In this document: piece after piece, positions 28,412-38,200 of the stretch
Numbering within the stretch: position 1 is the stretch's first letter
Layout: every line of letters begins with the position of its first letter
Assembly (NCBI GenBank): GCA_007376265.1
Contig: VMFW01000006.1
Span: 10,930 to 74,929 of the forward strand
Origin: Parcubacteria group bacterium Gr01-1014_20
GTDB taxonomy: Bacteria > Patescibacteriota > Minisyncoccia > UBA6257 > 2-01-FULL-56-20
Reading direction: 5' to 3'
DNA length: 64,000 bases
The notes under the pieces: generated by a model
The model's input: only the letters and a program-made list of their open reading frames with translations
Databases searched by the model: none
What the model was told of the DNA's origin: nothing
Translations under genes and position numbers: made by a program

Positions 28412-30316
28412 TTAAGAGGTTGGGGTTTCCGGGCTTTTAGGTTCTTCGGGGTTTGGGGGAATTGGTTCGTTTGGGCTAGCGTCTTTATTCTGCCCTTGAT
28501 TTTGATTGTACATCATTTGGCCAATCTTTTGAATTTCAGCGGAGAGGTTGGCGGAGGCGGATTTTAAGGATTCCAGATCTCCGGTTTCTTTAATTTTTTT
28601 GAGCTCCTCGATTTTTTCCTCCACGGGCTTTTTCACGTCTTCGGAAATCTTATCCCCCGCGTCTCGAAGAGATTTTTCAGAAACGTAGATTAAACTTTCG
28701 GCCTGATTTTTGGCTTCCACCAGTTCTCTCTTTTTCCCATCTTCTGCCGCATTTTCAGCTGCCTCTCGTTTTAGTTTTTCCACTTCGTCTTTGGAGAGAT
28801 TAGTTGAGGCCTCAATTTTTACGGATTGAGTTTTGCCACTAGCTTTATCTTTGGCTGATACGTTTAGAATGCCGTTCGCGTCGATATCAAAAGTAACTTC
28901 CACTTGAGGAACGCCTCGGGGTGACGGGGGGAGACCATCTAAAATAAAGCGAGCTAGGGTTTTATTGTCGGAGGCCAGGGGCCGTTCACCTTGTAGTACA
29001 TGAATTTCAACTGAAGTTTGATTGTCTCCGGCAGTTGAAAAGATTTGAGTTTTAGCGGTGGGAACCGTGGTGTTTTTTTCGATCATCGGGGTAGCCACAC
29101 TTCCAAGGGTTTCGATGCTTAACGTTAGCGGAGTAACATCGAGCAAAAGGATATCCTTGACGTCACCCTGGAGGATACCGCCTTGAGTGGCGGCTCCGAG
29201 CGCCACTACTTCATCGGGATTGATGCCTTTATGGGGTTCTTTTCCAAAGAGCTTTTTAACGGCATCGTTTATGGCCGGCATCCGAGTTTGGCCACCGACC
29301 AAGATAACCTCGTTGATTTCCTCCAGTTTGAAGCCAGCTCCTTTTGGCGCGACGGCGGTGACGGTTTCCCTGGTGAGTTTTATGGAATGTTCGATGTAGT
29401 CGTGAACTAGTTCCTCGAGCTTTGCTCGTGAAAGTTTCATAGCAAAGTGTTTGGGCCCGGAGGCGTCGGATGTTATGTATGGCAGGTTGATATCTGTCTC
29501 GGCGGCGGAAGAGAGTTCGTGTTTAGCGCGTTCTGCAACTTCCTTAAGACGTTGAAGGGCTAGCGCATCTTTTGATAGATCGATTCCCTCTTGTTTTTTA
29601 TATTCCGCAACTAAATATTCATTGATTTTTTTGTCGAAGTCGTCTCCGCCTAAGTGGGTGTCCCCTCCGGTGGCTTTAACTTCGACTGTATTGTCGGCGA
29701 TTTCGAGAACGGAGATATCAAAAGTTCCTCCACCAAAATCGTAAACGACAATTTTCTCATTTTTTTGCTTGTCTAAACCGTAGGCCAGAGCGGCGGCGGT
29801 GGGTTCGTTGATTATTCTTCTAACTTTTAAACCAGCAATTTCACCGGCATTTTTCGTGGCTTGTCTTTGAGAGTCATCGAAGTAAGCCGGGACAGTGATG
29901 ACGGCCTCTTCGATTTTTTCACCCAGTTTAGCTTCGGCATCGCTTTTTAACTTGGTTAAGAGGGCCGCCGAAATTTCTTCAGGGACGTACCAACGGTCTC
30001 CCATTTTAACCTCGATGCCACCACTTCCAGATTCTTTGATTTCATATGGAAGCCAGGCTTTATCACGTTGTACTTCTGCGTCGGTCCACTTGCGACCAAT
30101 TAATCTTTTGACCGAAAAAATTGTGTTTTTTGGATTGGTAACTGCTTGCCGTTTGGCGAGAGTGCCGACGATGCGGTCGGTGTTTTTGTTGACGGCGACA
30201 ATCGAAGGGGTGGTTCGATTCCCTTCGGCGTTTTCAAGAATCTCGGCTTCACCACCTTTAACGACTGCAACGGCGGAGTTGGTTGTTCCAAGATCTATAC
30301 CTAGAATTTTTGGCAT
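28412..30316 (-). CDS. dnaK: Chaperone DnaK
   Basis: [24 protein letters not shown] and DFGGGTFD motifs. Confidence 0.99.
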   Translation of the reverse strand: MPKILGIDLGTTNSAVAVVKGGEAEILENAEGNRTTPSIVAVNKNTDRIVGTLAKRQAVTNPKNTIFSVKRLIGRKWTDAEVQRDKAWLPYEIKESGSGGIEVKMGDRWYVPEEISAALLTKLKSDAEAKLGEKIEEAVITVPAYFDDSQRQATKNAGEIAGLKVRRIINEPTAAALAYGLDKQKNEKIVVYDFGGGTFDISVLEIADNTVEVKATGGDTHLGGDDFDKKINEYLVAEYKKQEGIDLSKDALALQRLKEVAERAKHELSSAAETDINLPYITSDASGPKHFAMKLSRAKLEELVHDYIEHSIKLTRETVTAVAPKGAGFKLEEINEVILVGGQTRMPAINDAVKKLFGKEPHKGINPDEVVALGAATQGGILQGDVKDILLLDVTPLTLSIETLGSVATPMIEKNTTVPTAKTQIFSTAGDNQTSVEIHVLQGERPLASDNKTLARFILDGLPPSPRGVPQVEVTFDIDANGILNVSAKDKASGKTQSVKIEASTNLSKDEVEKLKREAAENAAEDGKKRELVEAKNQAESLIYVSEKSLRDAGDKISEDVKKPVEEKIEELKKIKETGDLESLKSASANLSAEIQKIGQMMYNQNQGQNKDASPNEPIPPNPEEPKSPETPTS

Positions 30317-30336
30317 ATATTTTTAACTTATTATTA

Positions 30337-30837
30337 TTAACTTTCGACTTGTTTTACTTGTTTTTTTGATATTTTTACTCGAGCGGCTCTTAGCATTTTC
30401 CCATTAAGCCTGTATCCGGGCTCTATGATTTCGACGATTGAGCCGGGTGGTCTGTCGGACTCAATTTCAGTGATGGCTTCAGCTGTGCCAGGATTAAAGG
30501 GGTCGCCAGCCGCGACTTCTATCTTTTCGAGACCACGCTTCTTGAGAATATCGGCAATTTGGGAACGGATCATGTAGATGCCTTTCTCAACCGGGCCGGA
30601 TTTTTCAAGAGCCGCTAGGCCGAGATCGAAATTGTCCATGACTGTGACGAGTTCCCCAACTAAGTCTTCGAGACCATACTTGGCTATTTCTTCCAGGCGT
30701 TTCAGTTCCTCCTTCTTATAATTAATAAAATCAGCTTTGGCTCTTTGCCACCCCAAGAGGTATTCGTTCTTTTCCTTTTCGGCCTGCTCGAGCTTTTTCT
30801 CGAGTGATTCGCTATTTTTTTGATCTGCCTCGTCCAT
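30337..30837 (-). CDS. grpE: Nucleotide exchange factor GrpE
   Basis: QRAKADFINYKK and GYRLNGKMLRAARV motifs; between hrcA and dnaK. Confidence 0.95.
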   Translation of the reverse strand: MDEADQKNSESLEKKLEQAEKEKNEYLLGWQRAKADFINYKKEELKRLEEIAKYGLEDLVGELVTVMDNFDLGLAALEKSGPVEKGIYMIRSQIADILKKRGLEKIEVAAGDPFNPGTAEAITEIESDRPPGSIVEIIEPGYRLNGKMLRAARVKISKKQVKQVES

Positions 30838-31522
30838 TTTTTATATCTTTTAATCCTTTAAATGTTTTGACGACTTTTTTGTAGTTCATTCTTTTTGGCC
30901 CTACGCCCGCAAGAATAATTGAATCTCCTCCGATATCGCAGCGCTCAATGATTACGGAAAGTTCCTGGCTGTCAGTAATGGGGCTCTGACCAATAAAAAT
31001 TTGCATGGTGCCCGCTTTTTGCATGTTGTTTGTTGAAACTTTTCTAATTCTTGCGTCGATTTCTTCAAAATCTTTTATGACTCGACGAACCTCTTCGGTG
31101 GTCTCCCAACTGATTTGATCCAGAAGGGTTTCGAGGCCGCTTTTGTAAACGATGTCATCCGATTTTGGATCGATGACACTTAGAAGCCCGAGGTTCTTGG
31201 AAAGACTGGTTGAAAAGTTGGACCAGTCTGAGCTTATGAAGAAACCGACTATTTCCTGATCGAGAGCTGGTTCGAGCGCCTCATCTTCGAGAATCGTTTG
31301 AATGTAGAATTCGTACCCGCGATTGCTAGGAACCCGCCCCGCGGAATGGTGAGGTTGTTCTAAAAAACCAAGTTCAGTAAGCTCCTCGAGTTCGTGCCGG
31401 ATCATGGCTGGTTTGATGTCAAAATTATAGTTGTTAAAAAGCCAGTTTGAGCTGACAGGCTCGCCGGTTTTTATAAAACTTTTAACAGTGGCTGCGAGGA
31501 TGTTTTCTAGTCTGGGATTCAT
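30812..31522 (-). CDS. hrcA: Heat-inducible transcription repressor HrcA (short form)
   Basis: TGEPVSS, GFLEQPHHSAGRVPS and VGPKRMNY motifs; CIRCE upstream; start re-assigned to ATG 31522. Confidence 0.92.
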   Translation of the reverse strand: MNPRLENILAATVKSFIKTGEPVSSNWLFNNYNFDIKPAMIRHELEELTELGFLEQPHHSAGRVPSNRGYEFYIQTILEDEALEPALDQEIVGFFISSDWSNFSTSLSKNLGLLSVIDPKSDDIVYKSGLETLLDQISWETTEEVRRVIKDFEEIDARIRKVSTNNMQKAGTMQIFIGQSPITDSQELSVIIERCDIGGDSIILAGVGPKRMNYKKVVKTFKGLKDIKNGRGRSKK

Positions 31523-31530
31523 TGGTTGGT

Positions 31531-31569
31531 ATTCTAACTTAATTGGCAATCGTGTCAAGAGAGTGCCAA
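31531..31569 (-). promoter_or_regulatory. CIRCE operator overlapping the -35 of the hrcA-grpE-dnaK-dnaJ promoter
   Basis: TTGGCAATC-N9-GAGTGCCAA at 31543-31569 (consensus TTAGCACTC-N9-GAGTGCTAA); minus strand TTGACA-16-TAGAAT ending 8 nt before the ATG. Confidence 0.9.
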
Positions 31570-31570
31570 T

Positions 31571-31623
31571 TCCGCCATGGGCGGAATCGAATTATGAATA
31601 CTGAATTAGGAATTATGGTATTT
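31571..31623. repeat. 15-nt hairpin repeat followed by a heptamer array
   Basis: TCCGCCatgGGCGGA (31571-31585), then gaattat gaatact gaattag gaattat ggtattt (31589-31623). Confidence 0.7.
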
Positions 31624-31670
31624 AGAAAATGAAAAAGGGGCGGATGGGTTCCGCCCCTCTTGTCTCGGGT

Positions 31671-31862
31671 CTATTTTTTCATTCGAAGAATGACACAGCG
31701 CGCAGGATCTTGTCGATTAAGGCTCTCGAGTCTTGCTTTTTTTCTTACCACCGGATTCCAGGCGCTGCAGTCTCGACAATTTTTGAGAGAAACTTGAATT
31801 TGATTACCGCAACAGTCACATTTCCAGCGATAAATTCTACCATCACTGCTCCCCTCTCTCAT
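31671..31862 (-). CDS. Small zinc-ribbon protein
   Basis: WKCDCCG...CRDC; SD AGGAGGAGG; terminator hairpin at 31632-31658. Confidence 0.6.
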   Translation of the reverse strand: MREGSSDGRIYRWKCDCCGNQIQVSLKNCRDCSAWNPVVRKKARLESLNRQDPARCVILRMKK

Positions 31863-31961
31863 TTCAAGACCCTCCTCCTTTTTTAAAATAACTAGACCCC
31901 AAGTATCCGTCTCGGACGTTTCTTTGTCAAATAATCAGCCGAATATGTTAAAATCGTATGG

Positions 31962-32867
31962 ATGAGCATAATTAAGGGGAAAATTAGCTGGGTTGATATT
32001 TTAAATCCTGATAAAAATAATCTTGAATGGTTGAGGAATGAATTTAAATTCAGCCACTTGGTTTTAGATCAACTGAAAGCTCCGTCGCCACTTTCAATAA
32101 TCCAAGCCCACCACGATTATCTTTTTTTAATTTACTACTTCCCAATTTATGACCCGGAGGAAAAGGTTTCCCGCCGGGCCGAAATTGATTTTTTAATCAC
32201 AAAGAAGGGAGTGGTGACCGTTAGGTATGACGAGATCGAGACTTTCACTCACCTACTCGCTTCTTTAAAACCAGAAAACAAGTATTTTGACGACTCTTTG
32301 GTTTTGGTTCACAAACTGATCAAATCCCTCCTTCAATTTCAAAATCGACAACTCGGTCACATACGAGAGAAGCTCGAAGTAATTAGCGGAGAGCTTTTCA
32401 AGGACTTGGAAAGAGAACGTGAGAGGGGGCTTTTAGAACGCATTTCTTTTGTAAAAAGGGATATTTCTCAGTATCGAATAATTGTGAGACCTCAGGCCCA
32501 TATTCTAAAATCATTTTTTGAGGTAGGCTGCGGCTTTTTGGGCTCGGATTGCCGACTTTACTCAAGCGATCTACTGGGTGAACAAATGAAGATTATGGAT
32601 CAACTGGAGGATTATCGGCAAGCGGTGGAGGATTCCGAAACAACCAACCTCCAGCTCATCAACCTTAAGAACAGCCAGGTGATTAAAACTTTTACCATTA
32701 TGGCGTTCCTCACCTTCCCGATGGTTCTTTTCGCGACCTTATTCAGCATGAACACCGTAGACACCCCGATTGTGACCCAGCCGCACGGGTTCTGGATTGT
32801 TTTAGGGTTTATGTTGGTGGCAGTGGGCGGAATGGTTCTTTACTTTAAGAAGAAGGATTGGTTGTAG
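31962..32867 (+). CDS. corA: CorA family Mg2+/Co2+ transporter
   Basis: WVDILNP N-terminus, two C-terminal TMs, FSMN at the GMN position, YFKKKDWL end. Confidence 0.88.
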   Translation: MSIIKGKISWVDILNPDKNNLEWLRNEFKFSHLVLDQLKAPSPLSIIQAHHDYLFLIYYFPIYDPEEKVSRRAEIDFLITKKGVVTVRYDEIETFTHLLASLKPENKYFDDSLVLVHKLIKSLLQFQNRQLGHIREKLEVISGELFKDLERERERGLLERISFVKRDISQYRIIVRPQAHILKSFFEVGCGFLGSDCRLYSSDLLGEQMKIMDQLEDYRQAVEDSETTNLQLINLKNSQVIKTFTIMAFLTFPMVLFATLFSMNTVDTPIVTQPHGFWIVLGFMLVAVGGMVLYFKKKDWL

Positions 32868-32903
32868 TTGAGGTTTTTTGTTTCGAGTGTTAGTTTTACC
32901 TAG

Positions 32904-34289
32904 ATGGAAATCCAACTTTTTGATACTCTGAGCGGTAAAAAAGAATCGCTCGAGGAACATTCTAAAACCTTGCGGCTTTTTGTTTGTGGGCCAACTGTCA
33001 ACGATGTTTCTCATATCGGGCATGGACGAACCTACCTGGTTTTCGACGCGTTGGTTAAATTCTTGAAAGCAGCTGGGAGACCCGTTTTGTATTTGCAAAA
33101 TATCACTGACGTTGATGACAAGATCATTGCGCGAGCAAAGAAGGATGGAGTAACATCAAAAAGCGTAGCGGAAAAGTTTTTGAAAGAATACAAGCGAGAC
33201 ATGAGGTGTCTTGGTATTGATTCAGTTTCTAAATACGCCGAGGCGACTAAGTTTATCCCTCAGATTGTGCGTCAGGTAAAAAAGCTTATTCTAAAAGGTT
33301 TTGCATATGAAATTCCCGAAGATGGTTATTACTTCGATGTTTCAAAGTTTGCGGATTATGGAAAACTTTCACGAAGAACAGTGGCTCAGGCCGAAGATTC
33401 GGTGAGCCGAATTGACGATGGGATAAAAAAGAAAAATCGCGGAGATTTTGCCTTATGGAAATTTTCTAAACCCGATGAGCCGAAGTGGAAGACGTCGATT
33501 GGAGAGGGGCGTCCAGGATGGCACATTGAGGACACGGCCATATCGGAGCGATTTTTTGGTCCACAGTATGATTTGCACGGGGGTGGAATGGACTTAAAAT
33601 TTCCACACCACGAGGCGGAGATAGCTCAACAGGAAGCGGCGTCTTCGAAAAAGCCTTTTGTGAAAATTTGGCTTCATACCGGGGCGCTCACGATCAATGG
33701 AACAAAGATGTCTAAGAGTTTAGGAAACTTTCTTACTATCCAGGACTTTCTAGCTAAATATTCTGCCGAGGTTTTGAGGTTGATGGTTTTAAGTTTTCAT
33801 TATCGAACGCCATTTGATTACAGTGATGACGTGGCGGATGAGAACTCAAAAAAATGGAGTGGAATTCTAGAGTTTGTGTCTAAATTACGGGTTTCTCGGA
33901 AAGCACAGCGCAAGGATTCCGAGATTCTGGCTAGTGATCTCAAAAAACGTTTCCTAACTCCCCTTTGTGATGATTTTAACACCTCACTCGCCCTGGCCGA
34001 GCTTTTAAAATTTATTAGTGAAGTTCAACCCAGGATTTGGACTCTCTCGAGGGGAGAGGCTAAACGAATCGAAGCCCAGGTTTTGGAGGTTTTGAAGATT
34101 CTCGGCTTTAGAGTCAAATTGCCTAGAATTCCGACTAAAATTGTGAAATTAGCTAAGAATCGAGAGAAATCCCGAGGAAGTAAACAGTTTGCGCAGTCTG
34201 ACGCCTTGAGAAAAAGAATAAATGCTTTAGGATATGGGCTAGACGACACGCCCCTTGGACCATTTTTATGGCCTAAGGAGTCGAGCTAG
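32904..34289 (+). CDS. cysS: Cysteine--tRNA ligase
   Basis: CGPTV, HIGH, NITDVDDKII, DFALWK, GRPGWHIE, FPHHE and KMSKSLGNF motifs. Confidence 0.96.
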   Translation: MEIQLFDTLSGKKESLEEHSKTLRLFVCGPTVNDVSHIGHGRTYLVFDALVKFLKAAGRPVLYLQNITDVDDKIIARAKKDGVTSKSVAEKFLKEYKRDMRCLGIDSVSKYAEATKFIPQIVRQVKKLILKGFAYEIPEDGYYFDVSKFADYGKLSRRTVAQAEDSVSRIDDGIKKKNRGDFALWKFSKPDEPKWKTSIGEGRPGWHIEDTAISERFFGPQYDLHGGGMDLKFPHHEAEIAQQEAASSKKPFVKIWLHTGALTINGTKMSKSLGNFLTIQDFLAKYSAEVLRLMVLSFHYRTPFDYSDDVADENSKKWSGILEFVSKLRVSRKAQRKDSEILASDLKKRFLTPLCDDFNTSLALAELLKFISEVQPRIWTLSRGEAKRIEAQVLEVLKILGFRVKLPRIPTKIVKLAKNREKSRGSKQFAQSDALRKRINALGYGLDDTPLGPFLWPKESS

Positions 34290-34293
34290 CTCT

Positions 34294-35655
34294 ATGTCAA
34301 AAAAGGACAATCCTCTCAAATTACCTCCGAATAATGTTGAAGCCGAACAGTCTGTTTTGGGCGCTATTTTAATTGATAAAGACGCGATTATCCGCGTAGC
34401 GGATGTTTTGAGAGCGGAAGATTTTTACCTACCGATTCATGAGAAGATTTTTCGAGCGATGCTCGAACTCCATGGTAAAAACCAGCCGGTTGATATTTTA
34501 AGCTTAACCAGTCGACTTCGGGAACTTGGGGATCTAGAAGGAGTAGGTGGATCAAGCTATCTAGCCGATCTAACAAATCAGGTTCCGACGGCTTCGCATA
34601 TCGCTAATTATGCGAAAATTGTTAAGGACAAAAAAATTCTCAGAGACCTAATTAAGGCTTCCGCTGAAATTACCGAGGATGCGCTTATGGAGTCGGACGA
34701 TGTTGAGGATCTGATGGACTTGATTGAGCAAAAGATTTTATCCATTTCACAAAAATCTCTTTCCCAAAACTTTATTCACATCAAGGAGGAACTTAAGTCA
34801 GCTTATGATCGAATTGAAAAGCTTCACCGAGGTGATGGAGCCCTAAGAGGGACCCCTACCGGATTTAAGGGTTTAGACAACCTTCTTTCTGGATTGCAGA
34901 AGTCGGATCTCATCGTTTTGGGGGCTAGGCCATCTCTTGGAAAAACCGCTTTAGCACTCGACATCGTTCGGCACGCGGCGCTCAAAGGCAAAGCTTCGGT
35001 TGGTTTTTTCTCGCTCGAGATGTCTAGGGAACAGGTCATAGATCGGTTGATTTCCGCCGAATCGCAGGTACCACTTTGGAAACTCCGAACCGGAAGAATT
35101 ACAGACGACAGCGAATTTGAAATGATTCAGTACTCTCTCGACAGGCTTTCGAATGCTTCGATTTTTATAGACGACACCCCCTCGCCGAATATTCTACAGA
35201 TGCGTTCGATGGGGCGACGACTTCAGATGGAACATGGATTAGACTTACTTGTTGTGGATTATCTGCAACTTGTTATGCCTAGGACGAGCAACGAAAACTT
35301 AGTCCAACAAATAACTGAAATTTCGCGGGGTCTAAAAGCGTTAGCTAGGGAATTAAAGGTTCCGGTTTTGGCCCTTTCCCAACTTTCTCGTGGCGTAGAG
35401 CAGCGTGAGCAAAAACAACCTAGGCTTTCCGACCTAAGAGATTCGGGGAGTATTGAGCAAGACAGCGATGTAGTTCTCTTTATTTATCGAAAGGACCGAG
35501 ATCGGAACGACCTGACCACCGAGGAGCAAAATACGGCTCAAATTATTGTGGCTAAGCATCGAAACGGTCCTTTGGGGTCAGTAATGCTAAAGTTTGATCA
35601 AGAGCGTGTAAGTTTCAGGGATATGGAGGAAAGATTTGGCGAGGAGCCGTTCTAG
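34294..35655 (+). CDS. dnaB: Replicative DNA helicase
   Basis: PPNNVEAEQSVLG, GARPSLGKT, SLEMS, VDYLQL and DLRDSGSIEQDSD motifs; start ATG 34294. Confidence 0.98.
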   Translation: MSKKDNPLKLPPNNVEAEQSVLGAILIDKDAIIRVADVLRAEDFYLPIHEKIFRAMLELHGKNQPVDILSLTSRLRELGDLEGVGGSSYLADLTNQVPTASHIANYAKIVKDKKILRDLIKASAEITEDALMESDDVEDLMDLIEQKILSISQKSLSQNFIHIKEELKSAYDRIEKLHRGDGALRGTPTGFKGLDNLLSGLQKSDLIVLGARPSLGKTALALDIVRHAALKGKASVGFFSLEMSREQVIDRLISAESQVPLWKLRTGRITDDSEFEMIQYSLDRLSNASIFIDDTPSPNILQMRSMGRRLQMEHGLDLLVVDYLQLVMPRTSNENLVQQITEISRGLKALARELKVPVLALSQLSRGVEQREQKQPRLSDLRDSGSIEQDSDVVLFIYRKDRDRNDLTTEEQNTAQIIVAKHRNGPLGSVMLKFDQERVSFRDMEERFGEEPF

Positions 35656-35732
35656 ATCATGAATCGTGGATCTTTCCTCCGGAGGAGGATCCGCCTCGGG
35701 CGGAGAATCTTGAAATATGGAGCTTGAAACAC
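35654..35732. repeat. Heptamer array with a double 15-nt hairpin inserted in register
   Basis: agatcat gaatcgt ggatctt [TCCTCCggaGGAGGA TCCGCCtcgGGCGGA, 35675-35704] gaatctt gaaatat ggagctt gaaacac. Confidence 0.75.
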
Positions 35733-35777
35733 GGTTTTTGCTTGACACTTAGTGCTCGATACAGGAAACTTCTAGGG

Positions 35778-36380
35778 ATGATTTTGCCGGATAAGGTTAA
35801 AAGAATTATTGAAAGGTTATCTGAATGGCCATCCATTGGACCGCGACAGGCTACGCGGTTGGCTTTTTACTTAGTTGGGCGGGGCAATGGAAGTCTCAGG
35901 GAGGCGGTGGCGGATTTAAATTCTCTGCAGGATATTAAGCTTTGCGAAAACTGTTTTTTTGTGCACGAAAACAGTGGGGCTTTGTGTAATATTTGCGGAG
36001 ATTCAAATCGGAAGACAAGTATTATTGCCGTCATAGAGAAGGAAACCGACTTAATTTCAATAGAAAACACGCGTAAATTTAATGGACGCTACTTTATAAT
36101 CGGTCCCCTTTCGCGCTTAGGGGTTTTAGGTGTTTGGCAGAAGAACCGCTTGGATAAACTCAAAACTTTTATTCAAAGGGATTTAGACGGTAAAGCTGAT
36201 GAGATTATATTGGCTCTTAATCCGACCACGGGGGGAGATTTTGGCGCCACTATATTGGTGAAGGAACTATCCCCTCTTGCCAATAGAATTACGCGTTTGG
36301 GACGAGGTTTGCCGATGGGAGGAGAGATTGAGTTTGCCGATGATGAGACGTTGAGCGAGGCGCTTGCAAAGAGGAATTGA
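35778..36380 (+). CDS. recR: Recombination mediator RecR
   Basis: PSIGPRQATRLA HhH, CxxC...CxxC zinc finger, Toprim (EIILALNPT, RLGRGLPMGGEIEFAD); start ATG 35778. Confidence 0.95.
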   Translation: MILPDKVKRIIERLSEWPSIGPRQATRLAFYLVGRGNGSLREAVADLNSLQDIKLCENCFFVHENSGALCNICGDSNRKTSIIAVIEKETDLISIENTRKFNGRYFIIGPLSRLGVLGVWQKNRLDKLKTFIQRDLDGKADEIILALNPTTGGDFGATILVKELSPLANRITRLGRGLPMGGEIEFADDETLSEALAKRN

Positions 36381-36466
36381 TTTGAATTTTCGGCTGTGAT
36401 AAATTTTTAGTAGCCAATTATTGCTAAATACGACTTCCGAAAACTTACAGCTCAAAGGAGGATGTA

Positions 36467-36646
36467 ATGCGGGATTTGATGGGACTTTTTGTAGCCTGGG
36501 CTTGCATTGCGAGCGGAGCTTTCCTGAACCATTATGTTCTAAAGCTGGGCCAAAAGGTGTATTTGGCAGATCTCTTGGTCGGAGCTGTCTTCGCGCTTCT
36601 CTTCGCAGTGTTTCTAGCTGCCCGAAGAGGTTGGTTGGGGCGTTAG
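36467..36646 (+). CDS. 59-aa two-TM membrane peptide (MRDLMGLFVAWACIASG...RRGWLGR)
   Basis: Manual translation; SD AAGGAGG; terminator hairpin with T-run at 36668-36702. Confidence 0.6.
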   Translation: MRDLMGLFVAWACIASGAFLNHYVLKLGQKVYLADLLVGAVFALLFAVFLAARRGWLGR

Positions 36647-36717
36647 TATTTTTTGGCGAGTGCATTGAATCGGTGACTGCGTATGCGATCGCCGATTTTT
36701 TTGTTTGACACGAGAAG

Positions 36718-37713
36718 TTATCCGTGGCGAATTACGACCACATCCCCGTCTTGCATAACGTATTCTTTGCCTTCTAAGCGAAGCTGACCTTTTTCGCGAG
36801 CTTTGGCCCAAGAACCAGCTTCTAGAAGTTTTTGCCAATTCACCACCTCAGCGCGGATAAATTTTTGTTCAAAGTCGGTGTGAATGGTACCGGCGGCTTC
36901 GGGAGCCTTACTGCCTTTTTTAATCGTCCAAGCACGCGTCTCATCTTCGCCGGTCGTGAGAAAACTGATTAGATTTAAAATTTCGTAAGATTTAACAATC
37001 AATTCGTTTAGATTTTCTGATTGAGATAAATCCATTACCACGTAATTAGCTCCTAGACCTTTAATCTTTTCTTTAAGCTCTCTCGACGCATCTTCTGCAG
37101 AGCCGTTTAGAATATAAAGTTGTTTTTTGGCTGTCAAAAGTTGAAGTTCCTTTACAATCCCATCTTCGGCGAACTTGATGGCCAGATTGTCTTTGAGGAG
37201 TTCCTGCTTCAGTTCTTTTAAAACTTCAAGGTTTTTTCCGGCTTGTTTTTGACCTGATTTTGCTTCTTTTTCTAGGCTTCCGATTCTTTTTTCCACAGTT
37301 TCTAGATCCTTAATAATCAGTTCGGTGTTAATGATCTCGAGGTCCCGAATTGGTTCAACGGAATTTTCGACGTGAATAATCTCTGAATTTTGAAAAGTTC
37401 GTAAGACGGTTACGATAGCTTGGGTTTCGTGAATGTGAGAAAGAAATTTATTGCCTAAACCCTCTCCGGTCGAGGCGCCCTTCACGAGACCGGCGATGTC
37501 ATAAAACTCAACCACAGCTGGAATTTTCTTTTTTGAGTGGCTCAGTTCGGCTAGTTTATCAATCCGTTCATCGGGAACCAAAACCACGCCAATGTTTGGA
37601 TCAATGGTGGCAAAGGGATAATTGGCCACAAGGATATTTTGTTTAGTGAGAATTTTAAACAGCGTGGATTTCCCGACGTTGGGTAATCCGACGATGCCGA
37701 TTGAGAGTTTCAT
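36718..37713 (-). CDS. ychF: Ribosome-binding ATPase YchF
   Basis: GIVGLPNVGKST, NYPFATIDPN, DIAGLVKGAS, AGTIHTDF and EGKEYVMQDGD motifs. Confidence 0.97.
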   Translation of the reverse strand: MKLSIGIVGLPNVGKSTLFKILTKQNILVANYPFATIDPNIGVVLVPDERIDKLAELSHSKKKIPAVVEFYDIAGLVKGASTGEGLGNKFLSHIHETQAIVTVLRTFQNSEIIHVENSVEPIRDLEIINTELIIKDLETVEKRIGSLEKEAKSGQKQAGKNLEVLKELKQELLKDNLAIKFAEDGIVKELQLLTAKKQLYILNGSAEDASRELKEKIKGLGANYVVMDLSQSENLNELIVKSYEILNLISFLTTGEDETRAWTIKKGSKAPEAAGTIHTDFEQKFIRAEVVNWQKLLEAGSWAKAREKGQLRLEGKEYVMQDGDVVVIRHG

Positions 37714-37719
37714 AAAATC

Positions 37720-37752
37720 TACTAATTACGAATTGTTTACGAATATACGAAT
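37720..37752. repeat. 33-bp element of four TACGAAT heptamers, copy 2
   Basis: tactaat tacgaat tgtt tacgaat a tacgaat; 29/33 identical to 14264-14296. Confidence 0.8.
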
Positions 37753-37774
37753 GATACTTGTTTGGTAAAAAAAG

Positions 37775-37843
37775 AAAAGACCCCCACACTAAATCAAGAA
37801 ATTTTTGTCGGCGATAGATGCCGTTTCTTGTTTAGTATGGGGG
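37775..37843 (-). terminator. Long terminator-like hairpin
   Basis: CCCCCACACTAAATCAAGAAA...TTTCTTGTTTAGTATGGGGG stem next to an A-rich tract. Confidence 0.55.
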
Positions 37844-37855
37844 CGTGTTCTAGAG

Positions 37856-38083
37856 TTAGGAACTTCTGCCGTTGCGACGTTTTTTGATTTTTTTCAGCCC
37901 TTTCCAGTATTTTTTAAGCTCTTTGCCATTTTTGGCTGAGGCCCCCCTTAACTCTCCCAGGTATTTTTCCCATCCTTCGTCGGATATGCCCTGTGGACGA
38001 CTATTTGCCATGACGGCAACGTCCATTGCGTCATCAGGTAGGAAAATTCCCTGTTCTGGTTTTTTACTCTTTGCCTTTTTCAC
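37856..38083 (-). CDS. Small Lys-rich hypothetical protein
   Basis: GTG start after SD AGGAGGAGG; TTGACA upstream; hairpin downstream. Confidence 0.55.
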   Translation of the reverse strand: MKKAKSKKPEQGIFLPDDAMDVAVMANSRPQGISDEGWEKYLGELRGASAKNGKELKKYWKGLKKIKKRRNGRSS

Positions 38084-38142
38084 TTTTCCTCCTCCTTGAA
38101 CTTTTGTTAAATTAGCATTGTTTACTAATTTTGTCAAATATG

Positions 38143-38179
38143 AAAAAAGCCCGGTCGGATGATGGTATCCCGACCGGGC
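38143..38179 (-). terminator. Intrinsic terminator of the MVP-like gene
   Basis: GCCCGGTCGG...CCGACCGGGC 10-bp stem with an A6 tract. Confidence 0.8.
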
Positions 38180-38200
38180 CTGTTGTGTGCTTCTTACGTG

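Noticed and set aside
36421-36708. 95-aa plus-strand ORF
   Set aside because: No SD and it runs through the terminator; the SD-led 36467-36646 frame fits better.
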